Of a DNA stretch of 64,000 nt, positions 39,601 to 49,933 are shown piece by piece. A model generated the notes under the pieces. The model ran no database searches. It was not told where the DNA came from and saw nothing but the letters and a program-made list of their open reading frames with translations. A program made the position numbers and the translations under genes. Source of the DNA: Laetmonice hystrix (lineage: Eukaryota); the NCBI GenBank assembly GCA_965235115.1, contig OZ249436.1, forward strand, positions 8,496,001-8,560,000, given 5' to 3'. Numbering within the stretch: the stretch's first letter is position 1; each line of letters begins with the position of its first letter.

Positions 39601-42600
39601 GACTGGGTTATCAAAGGCTGAGTGTGGATGTACAGTGTCTAAGGTACCGGGGTATGTTTGGGACACCATGCTTCTATCATTTACATGAGTACACTTGATA
39701 CCATGGCATGTACCAACGCGCCCACGACTGGGTTATCAAAGGCTGGGTGTGGATGTACAGTGTCTAAGGTACCGGGGTATGTTTGGGACACCATGCTTCT
39801 ATCATTTACATGAGTACACTTGATACCATGGCATGTACTCCGGCGCCAACGACTGGGTTATCAAAGGCTGAGTGTGGATGTACAGTGTCTAAGGTACCGG
39901 GGTATGTTTGGGATACCATGCTTCTATCATTTACATGAGTACACTTGATACCATGGCATGTACCCACGCGCCAACGACTGGGTTATCAAAGGCTGGGTGT
40001 GGATGTACAGTGTCTAAGGTACCGGGGTATGTTTGGGACACCATGCTTTTATCATTTACATGAGTACACTTGATACCATGGCATGTACTCCGGCGCCCAC
40101 GACTGGGTTATCAAAGGCTGGGTGTGGATGTACAGTGTCTAAGGTACCGGGGTATGTTTGGGACACCATGCTTCTATCATTTACATGAGTACACTTGATA
40201 CCATGGCATGTACCAACGCGCCCACGACTGGGTTATCAAAGGCTGGGTGTGGATGTACAGTGTCTAAGGTACCGGGGTATGTTTGGGACACCATGCTTCT
40301 ATCATTTACATGAGTACACTTGATACCATGGCATGTACTCCGGCGCCAACGACTGGGTTATCAAAGGCTGGGTGTGGATGTACAGTGTCTAAGGTACCGG
40401 GGTATGTTTGGGACACCATGCTTCTATCATTTACATGAGTACACTTGATACCATGGCATGTACTCCGGCGCCAACGACTGGGTTATCAAAGGCTGGGTGT
40501 GGATGTAGTGTCTAAGGTACCGGGGTATGTTTGGGACACCATGCTTCTATCATTTACATGAGTACGTCTTGATGCCATGGCATGTACCCCGGCGCCCACG
40601 ACTGGGTTATCAAAGGCTGGGTGTGGATGTACAGTGTCTAAGGTACCGGGGTATGTTTGGGACACCATGCTTTTATCATTTACATGAGTACACTTGATAC
40701 CATGGCATGTACTCCGGCACCAACGACTGGGTTATCAAAGGCTGGGTGTGGATGTACAGTGTCTAAGGTACCGGGGTATGTTTGGGACACCATGCTTCTA
40801 TCATTTACATGAGTACACTTGATACCATGGCATGTACTCCGGCGCCCACGACTGGGTTATCAAAGGCTGGGTGTGGATGTACAGTGTCTAAGGTACCGGG
40901 GTATGTTTGGGACACCATGCTTCTATCATTTACATCAGTACACTTGATACCATGGCATGTACCAACGCCCACGACTGGGTTATCAAAGGCTGGGTGTGGA
41001 TGTACAGTGTCTAAGGTACCGGGGTATGTTTGGGATACCATGCTTCTATCATTTACATGAGTACACTTGATACCATGGCATGTACCGACGCGCCAACGAC
41101 TGGGTTATCAAAGGCTGGGTGTGGATGTACAGTGTCTAAGGTACCGGGGTATGTTTGGGACACCATGCTTCTATCATTTACATGAGTACACTTGATACCA
41201 TGGCATGTACCAACGCGCCCACGACTGGGTTATCAAAGGCTGGGTGTGGATGTACAGTGTCTAAGGTACCGGGGTATGTTTGGGACACCATGCTTCTATC
41301 ATTTACATGAGTACACTTGATACCATGGCATGTACTCCGGCGCCAACGACTGGGTTATCAAAGGCTGAGTGTGGATGTACAGTGTCTAAGGTACCGGGGT
41401 ATGTTTGGGATACCATGCTTCTATCATTTACATGAGTACACTTGATACCATGGCATGTACCCACGCGCCAACGACTGGGTTATCAAAGGCTGGGTGTGGA
41501 TGTACAGTGTCTAAGGTACCGGGGTATGTTTGGGACACCATGCTTCTATCATTTACATGAGTACACTTGATACCATGGCATGTACTCCGGCGCCCACGAC
41601 TGGGTTATCAAAGGCTGGGTGTGGATGTACAGTGTCTAAGGTACCGGGGTATGTTGCACTAAAAATACCCTGGACACTTATTGAAATGAGAGAACACTGC
41701 ACCCCGGTGTTTGGGTTTTTACACAATATTATTATGATCGTCATCGCCCACACAATCACAGTAATAGTCTTCATCACAATTGGACTGTATCATTTTAAAA
41801 TACCAAGTTTCCATGCTGAAAATAGCTAAAGGTTTCTGCCAGGGGCATCACTCGTTTAGACCATGACTTGTCAGCTTTCATGTTTTAACACCTACCAAGG
41901 TTAGTTTCAATGAAACCAATTGGTGCTAACGTCAATCGGAACTTGTACAAAGGTTGCGAGACATGCTATTAATGGCTATTACTCAGAATGTATTTTTAAC
42001 TGTATTTTTGGTTGGGTTGTTAAAGATTTTCTTTATGTGTAGTTTAGAGATAAACCAACCCACCTAAGTATGAGTGCAGTAGACCACCTGTAGCCAGCCG
42101 TCCAGTTACATTCTATCATCTTGTAGAACCTTCGCCGACCTGAAACACAGACAGCCATACATGTACATTCTGTTACAGCCTTTATAACAAAATCCGCCAA
42201 CATGAACAACATTGGTACGTTTACGACAGTCGAGTTGAACGTAAGCCAATACTCATTTCAAGGGCAAGGGGACGGGGAGAGAGAAAAAAGGATTCGCATG
42301 GGCAGTGCGTTCACCATTTATTACTTTTCCCCGTTTTAGGCTGTAAAGAATAAAAGAAGATATTTCTGTTTATTCCAGATGACCTTATATATGCTCCCAT
42401 ATATTTATATCATAAATAAATTGAAACTGTAAGAATCTGACATAGCTCAACATATTTGTATAACTTGTAAATTTCAATATTTTATACTCCACAACTATTT
42501 TGAGTACTATTACTAAAGGTGATCTCTAACAATGATCTTCTCCATGGCCTGGCCTCTGGATGGCTGGATTTTTTGCTATCCCTTGAGAAATCCAAGTTGC

Positions 42601-45600
42601 TCAGCCAGATGATTACACGATAAATCCCCCACAGTCGTACCTCATCTCAACAATGAGTGATTCTCAGAAGACGATAGATATCATACGACCTCGTTTCGGC
42701 TGTGTAGCACGACTACAATGGCCCTTAAATCCACACAATAACTTGATCCAAATGGACATTATGGCTATTGGTGTGTAAATTATCCCAAAGCAAAAACTCA
42801 GTGTATCAGCTGTATTCCCCAGAGTACATTTCTTAGAGACCATATATGGATGCGAGAATACATCAACGTTATACTGATAGAACAAACTGACTCGTGAGAA
42901 CCTGGTAATGCTCACCATTTATCGTTCCTGATGGGAATTCCTGTGTGTGTGTGTGGGGGGGGGGGAGCTACGAGCTGAGATGGCCGTCATATATCTATGT
43001 ACATTACGACGTTTAGTATCTAATCTAGATCCATGTGTTCACTGTCTGGGGGTTTCTTCTAGTCCACTCATCTCTGGTATGAGCCAACCATTCAATGACG
43101 AACCAGTTGCCAGCTGCAGTTTATGTCACGTAATAAAACATTCACCTTTCTTTCTCCTACCGAGCATTCTCTCCACCAATAACCTGTTTGATAGGAGAAC
43201 TGACCTTTTACTAATCACATGATCCTGAAGGGCACTGGTCCGCAATCAGACCTGCCTCAGTGCCATTATCTGGCCAGTGCTTGGCCCTGGTAGACGTCAG
43301 ACTTACCAAGACACAGCATATCATCCTTGACGGAACAGTTGGCTTGGTAACGTTCCCTTGGGGCGGACACTGAGCGACATTCTGTAGACGATGTACACGT
43401 TGTCTCCCACTCGTGACACTGGTAGCAGTAACGACATGTTAACGATCGTGTGAAGTTGACAGGCCCCTGAAACCACAAATTGTACGTCACTCAGTCGTCG
43501 TCCTCAAGATGGGACTGAACCAGTTATTTATTACAACCATCACCACATGGCAATGCCTGAGATCAGTACCGTTGATACAGTAGTCGTTAATCTTTGTGAT
43601 AACGTACTGGGGAGGATTCCTACCCTCCAGCAGAATACTGATGAAAACGATAAGATACATAGATCTAGATCAAAACCTCTGATGACATTCTGTGGAAATA
43701 CAAAAAGCAATCTTCACTGCAGAGAGAAGGCACCACGGGCCCATAAAATCCTAGAAATGTGCACCATGGCGTATTAAGTGGCGAATGTGGCAGCGTCTTT
43801 TGCCTTAGAGGCAGGAGCTGCTATGTAGGCACAATGTGTTCAACCCATGTAGGCCCCTACATCTTTCTGATCGGGAAGTTCATTCAACTATTGACTAAAT
43901 GTAAACACTCTCTATGAATGCAGTATTGAGGACCGTATATAAATAAATCCTTGTAGTCTTTGTGTCAGTATTACATGAACTGTCTGAAAACTCACCAGCA
44001 AAAGGTCATTACGAAAATAGGGCCAGTCAGATGAAAAAAAAGAAAGAAAAAAGAATGCAGCAATGCAGAAATTTCCTGCAAAATGCGAGACTTTTATGTT
44101 ACATTCATTTGCCATTTCCAATTAGGGCCTACATACATTCAGTTCAAATTGTGATACCTTGTATATTATGACCTTTTCAGGGCCGTATGCAGCCTAAAAT
44201 TGCTGGGGGGGGGGGGGGGGGGCAGACCGAGGTTCAGAAGAACACCCTGGTCACGAGGAAGAATTCACAGTGACACTCTTAAAAAGGGCACCTGCTTGTA
44301 AAAAACATTTTCGATAAATAACACATCTCATTCAGATCGCAATGCACTAGCGCCATGGCATGAGAGTGCTGACAGGTCTGTACCGTAGTTCCAATGTTTT
44401 CCACTAGGTGGTACCCTGTATGAACAATGATTGTGTGCCGCCACCTAGCGGATTTTATAGTTTGGACTTTTCAGTAAACTTACTACAAAGAATAATACAG
44501 AATGCATTTCACTCTCCGGACAGAGATCGTTCACTTCGTTCAATTAATGCATTTACTTTTCTTTCTTCTTTCAATGCAACTACATTCTTTACCTCGTAAT
44601 TTGAAAGCACTAAACGCGAACTGACTGTGTTCTACCATAGTTATGGCTGGGTTTGAAAGTCAGGGTGTGCAAAAAATGTTAAATCTTACTCACCGTACAG
44701 ATGACGTCAGGCTTGGGACTACAGGTGACCTTGACATGGTTGCCATAGATACAGTTACTATCAAAATTGCAGTCAATACAGTTGCCACCAAGTTTCTTGC
44801 ACTCCACGTTACTGGGGCAATGGAAGAAGACACCAGCGGTTACGTTCGCCTCCGACCCTTGAAGTTCACCAGTTATATTTGTGGTGTTTAAACCATCTTT
44901 GTCCACAGTCGGTGCACTCGTCACTCCTATCTGGCTGTCTGCCCCTGTATGAGGTTGTGAAGTCACACCTAAAAACATCAATATATTCATGGTCTAGAAA
45001 ATGTTCACATTGGCTATTGAATGTTTTTAAACTGCTATGAAATAAAGGAGCAATTTTACATATTACCACTTATCACTATTTGTTACAGTAAAAAAATTGA
45101 GATAAAACTTTTAAAAGAATTATAATAAATATGACCCAGAATCAGTTCCTGGCCTGAAATCCAATAATCATGGTAAGTGGAGATTGCATTAGGTACTCGA
45201 GATCTACGCTTAGTCCTAGATTTATTTCAGACACATACATAAGATCTTGAGGGCAGGCACTTTAGTCTTTAGATTAACTGAGAGCTTACCGGTACAAGTC
45301 ATTGACATAGCCGTACTACTAGTACCAGCAGTAATTAGTGGTAATCAGTAGTCTGATTGTATTTACCAGGATAAATAAAATCTTTTAAAAAAAATATTGA
45401 TTAAAGGGGCATGCTATGAAACACGTTTTTGAGGATTTCCAGCAATTATCCAACATGATCATGTACTAGGGATCCAAGTAAATAATCCTACCACAGCATT
45501 TTGTCCTCCGACGTGTTTTCACTGCGTATGCAGCACAAGTAGATTCTATACGACCAAACCTATAGATTTCTCCCGATAGCACATCTCCTGCCATAATTTG

Positions 45601-48600
45601 CTATAGACAACCTCCCATTAACCCGTGTAATTGCATACTGTGTCACATCCTGCGTGTGCACTCTCTGCATGTGTTTAGTCACGTGCTTCGCTTAGTTGTA
45701 AACAATTCAGCAGTTTCACTCGATCGTCCGGCATCAGAAGGCCACCTAAAAAAATATTTTACGAAATCGGCAGAAAAGCAGGCAAGGGAGCTTCATAAAC
45801 TTCGATTTTCCACACAAAATGAAACTGATAAGTCTGTCTTTGTTTACCAAGCAATATTAATGAAGGATCTCTTCATGAAAACAGCAAAAGTTCTTTGAAA
45901 TACCGATTTTTCACGTTTCCTCATAATATGCCCCTTTAAGAATGAAAGCCTGCATATTTATGTTCTTTGCCTTGGTACCAGTACTAGCCTTCTAACAAGA
46001 TCCTAGTAGCCTTGCTTTACTCATAGGCTGTGACCTGTCATCCTAAGAGTCACAGGGGGGGGGGCATTTAGCCCTTCAAATATTATAGGTTGGCTGGCTT
46101 GCACCCCTAGTTTATGTAGCTCCTGACATCCCTTACAATCACACACTGTAATCTGTACACAGTACAGACTCTGATGGCATTGATGCACAGCTATTGCTGG
46201 CTTGCACCCCGAGTTTATGTAGCTCCTGACATCCCTTACAATCACACACTGTAATCTGTACAGACTCTGATGGCATTGATGCACAGCTAAATTGCTGGCT
46301 TGCACCCCTAGTGCCCTACTTTACGTAGCTCCTGACATCCCTTACAATCACACACTGTCTGTACACAGACTCTGAAGCCAATGATGCACAGATATTGCTG
46401 GCTTGCACCCCTAGTGCCCTACTTTACGTAGCTCCTGACATCCCTCACAATCACACACTGTAATCTGTACAGACTCTGAAGCCAATGATGCACAGCTATT
46501 GCTGGCTTGCACCCCTAGTGCCCTACTTTACGTAGCCCCTGACATCCCTTACGATCACACACTGTCACTGTTAGTGTAATCTGTACACAGAATCTGAAGC
46601 CAATGATGCACAGATATAATGGTAAAGCCCTCAGTGCCCCGCATGGAGGTGGTCAACATGGAATATGATGGAGGCTGCTATCAGTGATTAGGTCAGGAGA
46701 GGGGATTTCCTGGATATGATAGCCCCCAACATGATACTGATCATCCCCCAAAACAGATTTGATGAAAATGATTTTGTAGAACTTTTTTAGATTGAATGGG
46801 ATATCAGGGACACAGCAGATAGTAGGCCTACAAAACTCAACCATGATTTACCGTAAAAAAAAAAATTTTTGTTAAAGAATGTTCAAGAAGCCTAAGGAAG
46901 TAGGCTATTATGTGATGAACCAACTGGGCTTAGGCCTATAACTAGGGCTCTCAGACAGAATATGAGACACTAGATTGGACTGGGAACCAGTTTCGTGAGT
47001 GGATTTTTAGGATTTTTTTTTGTTTTTGCTAAACATATTTATTCAGTAGATCTATACAACTCGGTTGACAGCCGCGGTTAAGTTGCACACTGACACAGGA
47101 CAAATAACACACATATACACATACATATACAAAATTACAAGAAGGTGGACATACTTTACAAGAAAGGATGTAAAAGCAGGATATATGCATTGGCAATCAG
47201 ATCCGGGACAAATGTTGCATTTCTAAGGGTGTTCGTGGGATGCAGGGCAGAATCAAAATGCGGGGATGTCCCGCAAAAAAGGGGATATTGGCAGGTCTGA
47301 TGATATTTTCAATATTTGATCCCTTCGTCTCTGATTCATACAAGGCGACAGACGGCTCCTACAATCCTGTGCCTGGCGTAGAACTGTGATGTGCATTATT
47401 GTGACACCATGAGCATAAACCAAATGAAACGTTTACTGAACATCAAAGTCACACGTTAACAATGCAATTTTTTGGCATAAGCATAATAAATACTCCTCCT
47501 GTTCGAAAGGTACCATGTGTCGACTTACAAGTATTTTTGCCTCGTTTTGTGTTGAAAAGGTGCCTTTGGCATCAGCGGTTGTGGCTCCCTGTACCCTTCG
47601 AATATATAGCCGAGCACGTTTGTCGACTGTCAGTGAAATGCTTGGTTGGAATGAGCCATCCTACTTGGTATTTGATGCTTTTTACTAAATTTTAGCGATT
47701 TTTACCCATGCAATTCTTAAATGAGGCAACATGCAGTTGAACACATAATTAAGTACAAATGTATTCATTTTCAATATAAATGATTGATTAATTGGAGTCG
47801 TTACAACGGCTTATTTAACTACAGTACTGTAGAGTACAGTGGTGTGTTTTTCATCATGTCGTTAGCTTGTCATCTCGTTAACTCCAATGATAGCGTGAGA
47901 AACGCACCACTGGGTCCAGTTTTCAGTTCTTCATTTTTCCAATCTTAAGACTGAATTTTAAGACTGACTTGTGTTCTGGTCTCTCATTGGCTCACTTCAT
48001 TTAAAGGACCAATCAGAAGCTCTGAAACAAGAGTTCAGTCTTAAGATTTGAATCTTAAAGGTATTATAGCACCTGGTTGAGGGTTCCGGGAAGCCAGTTG
48101 GGCCTGGTTTCACGCTTACTTTGTCAAAATCTATGCACCTTCTGTTGCTAGGTTTAATATACATTATGTATTGTAAATAGACAGCAGCGAAATGCACTGT
48201 CACCTTCACATTTCTTGTCGAGAACTCAAAAACACTGCCTTCAGCCTTCGGGATTGTCTGACCTGCAGGCATAGCGTTGTAATAGGTGAGATGATCATGT
48301 GATTGTGGCTATAGTCGCGCGTTCTGTGAAAAGGGTGTAAAGTTGCCCGGCTAAAACTCCATCGCGTAGGTTGGCTGCAGGTCTAGAAAAAGACGCGCGT
48401 CATTCCAAATATGCTGGGTTTTAAATATTTTTAAAAAATAGTCACGAAATCCAATCAGGCAAGTACAAAGTAGGCAGCGCTATGGAACATAATTACCAGA
48501 CTATACAAACAGTATTTTCGCCAATTTGTACAATCTATATGAAATAGGTGACATAATTCCTTTATGACTCGGTTTGCGAACTAAAAACTGGGCCCGCCAG

Positions 48601-48943
48601 GGTAGGTAGGAGCAGTCTTTATTTTGGCCATGGTTGACGACACCCATGGAATCGTGGGACTTTTAACGCACTACATGGGTTGTGAAACGCATTTGCCGTT
48701 ATTCGACAGTCTACGACAAACTTACCACACGGCAAGGGTTGTAAAACACCCCCAGCACTACCGCACACTGTCAGTGTCACTGACACTGGCCCGCGCCGTG
48801 GGCGCCACCGTACGACTACCCGACCCGAGTACCGTGACTGACAAGACATCTAGATCTCTTTATAACTTACCGTCTGAGGCGAATGTAGGAATGCCTGCCC
48901 ACAAATAAACAACCAACGTCAGCACTATGTGTATACACTCCAT
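12440..48943 (-). CDS. TM2D3: TM2 domain-containing protein 3 (almondex orthologue), complete spliced CDS, 5 exons, 250 aa
   Basis: Exons 48871-48943, 44694-44968, 43307-43466, 42064-42139 and 12440-12608 all have GT-AG boundaries with compatible phases (73+275+160+76+169=753 nt). The translation has an N-terminal signal peptide, a Cys-rich ectodomain (CIDCNFDSNCIYG...CRYCYQ) and the diagnostic C-terminus CNWTAGYRWSTALILSVTLGGFGADRFYLGLWREGIGKVFSFGGLGVWTLVDVVLIATGYVGPADGSLYIY*. Confidence 0.96.
14345..14445 (-). mobile_element. SINE fragment, Deu/Nin-domain-like core
   Basis: Minus strand TGCCATTTTTCGAAAAGAGTAGGGTATCGGCTCCCGGTGGCTGGTTTCT resembles, from memory, the Deu/Nin SINE core (GGCAC..TTCGAA.AGAGYAGGG...CCCGGTG). 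It is also similar to 41661-41720 and 28088-28133. Confidence 0.55.
15219..15502. repeat. 22-bp minisatellite (CCTCATGCTGTGACCACCGCCC), ~13 copies
   Basis: Direct inspection. Confidence 0.97.
16348..22180. repeat. 31-bp satellite (CCAGAGTGGATCCTACACCAATCTGGTCTGT, with a 27-bp deletion variant), ~190 units, 1340-bp higher-order repeat
   Basis: The rare variant ATCTGCTCTGTCCACAGTGAATCC occurs at 19141, 20481 and 21821. Confidence 0.98.
22181..23013. repeat. 38-bp satellite (CGGGTTAAAACATTCCGTCTGAATTCAAACACAGCTAC), ~22 copies
   Basis: Period 38 (22181, 22219, ...); directly abuts the 31-bp array. Confidence 0.98.
28088..28133 (+). mobile_element. Short 3' SINE-like fragment with (CAT)n tail
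   Basis: GGCATTGTCCCGGTGTGCGGGTTTCTCC...CATCATCATCATCGC, similar to 41691-41747. Confidence 0.3.
28190..28662. repeat. 77/82-bp minisatellite, 6 copies
   Basis: GATGTAAACC at 28199, 28281, 28363, 28440, 28517 and 28594. Confidence 0.95.
29236..30214. repeat. 21-bp minisatellite (GATACCTGGTGTCTGCAAGGA, with a 20-bp variant), ~47 copies
   Basis: Direct inspection. Confidence 0.98.
31655..31668 (-). promoter_or_regulatory. Consensus CTCF motif CCACCAGGTGGCGC next to CCAAT and a CRE (TGACGTCA at 31612-31619)
   Basis: Match to the known CTCF core consensus. Confidence 0.5.
32874..33401. mobile_element. MITE with TTAA target-site duplication (Kolobok/T2-like), copy 1
   Basis: TTAA|AGGGGCATGCTATGA...TCATAATATGCCCCT|TTAA; a close copy lies at 45405-45935. 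Confidence 0.9.
35191..41655. repeat. 125-bp satellite, ~52 copies, with 11-12-mer higher-order structure; probably SINE-derived
   Basis: TTTGGGACAC at 35411, 35536, 35661, ...; the deletion marker GATGTAGTGTC occurs at 37631, 39128 and 40502. Confidence 0.98.
41590..41750 (+). mobile_element. SINE core and 3' part (Deu/Nin-like) continuing out of the last satellite unit
   Basis: CCCACGACTGGGTTATCAAAGGC...GGTATGTTGCACTAAAAATACCCTGGACACTTATTGAAATGAGAG...CCCCGGTGTTTGGGTTT; similar to the reverse complement of 14395-14445. Confidence 0.55.
42064..42139 (-). CDS. TM2D3: TM2D3 coding exon 4
   Basis: Encodes GRRRFYKMIECNWTAGYRWSTALILS; TTTCAG acceptor, GT donor in phase 2. Confidence 0.95.
43307..43466 (-). 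CDS. TM2D3: TM2D3 coding exon 3
   Basis: TTTCAG acceptor, GTAAGT donor; encodes GPVNFTRSLTCRYCYQC...YQANCSVKDDMLCL. Confidence 0.95.
44694..44968 (-). CDS. TM2D3: TM2D3 coding exon 2
   Basis: TTTTTAG acceptor, GTGAGT donor; encodes ...CPSNVECKKLGGNCIDCNFDSNCIYGNHVKVTCSPKPDVICT. Confidence 0.93.
45405..45935. mobile_element. MITE with TTAA target-site duplication (Kolobok/T2-like), copy 2, in TM2D3 intron 1
   Basis: Same TIRs and TTAA flanks, same orientation, scattered substitutions relative to copy 1. Confidence 0.9.
46090..46617. repeat. ~103-bp minisatellite, 5 copies, in TM2D3 intron 1
   Basis: GCTGGCTTGCACCC at 46093, 46196, 46294, 46397 and 46501. Confidence 0.93.
47941..48050. mobile_element. 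Degenerate palindromic MITE relic
   Basis: AATCTTAAGACTGAA (47941) pairs with TTCAGTCTTAAGATT (~48034); inner ATTGG/CCAAT pair. Confidence 0.45.
48871..48943 (-). CDS. TM2D3: TM2D3 coding exon 1 (signal peptide MECIHIVLTLVVYLWAGIPTFASD)
   Basis: ATG at 48943, hydrophobic core, GTAAGT donor in phase 1 matching the next exon. Confidence 0.85.
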
Positions 48944-49034
48944 TGCATCTTTTCTTCTTTATACTTCATCCATCTTACACCGATTTTAACCGTGAACTAA
49001 AGTCAAAACAAACGAGCAAGTTGGTCCATTGAAC

Positions 49035-49076
49035 GTGACTTCCGCTTCCGGCCTTTTTATATCCGCCAGATGGCAC
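49035..49076 (-). promoter_or_regulatory. Probable TM2D3 core promoter (tandem ETS GGAAG sites, TATA-like ATATAAAAA, CTCF-like motif)
   Basis: Minus strand GGCCGGAAGCGGAAGTCAC at 49053-49035 and ATATAAAAA at 49062-49054; plus strand CCGCCAGATGGCAC at 49063-49076; about 100 nt upstream of the ATG. Confidence 0.6.
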
Positions 49077-49323
49077 CACCAATTTGCCACTAGTAACACA
49101 TTCTAAACATAGAGGGCGCACGTGCGCTCCGCATGCATGTTATTTTCTAAGCCTAAGGAGCAATCAGTTTGAAGGCCCTTTTGGTTTGTGTATTCTGCAT
49201 GTCTACTGAGGTTTGTCACTAGAGTGATCGACTAATTAGTACATGGAGATTCGGGTCTGCAGTTCATGACCAACTGATGCCAAGTGCTAATAACAAATAG
49301 ACATGTAATTCAGATAACATATT

Positions 49324-49610
49324 TTTATTATTATGTAGACAACAAACAAAACATGTTTGTCTTATATGTGTGGGTATGTACAATGTACAGTAATTGATGT
49401 GGTATGTATCAGAAAATATCAACACTTAAGAATGCGGTGTATACTTTTCTGTGGAATCTACTTTCATTATCGTAAACATGACGTGAACACATACACTCAA
49501 TGTTTAAAGAAATATTGACAAAATTCCCTGGAAAGCTGTTACCTGGTATATTACTATTATTAGGGGCAACTGTCCTAACTGAAGTACACACGACATTATA
49601 AAGCTTTATT
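49324..49610 (-). terminator. Candidate KNTC1 polyadenylation signals (AATAAA at 49610-49605 and 49329-49324)
   Basis: Minus-strand AATAAA hexamers in AT-rich sequence between the KNTC1 stop and the TM2D3 promoter. More proximal ATTAAA variants also exist. Confidence 0.4.
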
Positions 49611-49741
49611 AATAGGATACATTGATGGAACCACTGTTATAACTACCTTTCATCCGCAATTTCTCCTAATGATTTATGGTGTTATAAGCTTTATATATGC
49701 ATCCATCACATGCCAAGACGGACATTATTAGAGTACATATA

Positions 49742-49933
49742 CCGTATATGTCCCTTTAGCCGCGCACTACCTATTTGCCGCGCACCCCCGCATTTTTTCA
49801 AACAAGCTGTGCCGGAAACCCGTATTCGACGCGCCACCTAGTGTATATTTTTGTAAGCTCCCGGCGCAACCTCCCTATTGCTGCGCACTGCTTTTCTGCA
49901 CACGCACATGTGCGGCTAAAGGGACATATACGG
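49742..49933. mobile_element. 192-bp Tc1/mariner(pogo)-type MITE with TA target-site duplication
   Basis: TA|CCGTATATGTCCCTTTAGCCGC...GCGGCTAAAGGGACATATACGG|TA, 22-bp perfect TIR. Confidence 0.9.

Noticed and set aside
16348..41655. CRISPR-like arrays (palindromic 31-bp units, 38-bp units, 125-bp units with a variable slot)
   Set aside because: No unique spacers, no cas genes, and a eukaryotic intronic context.
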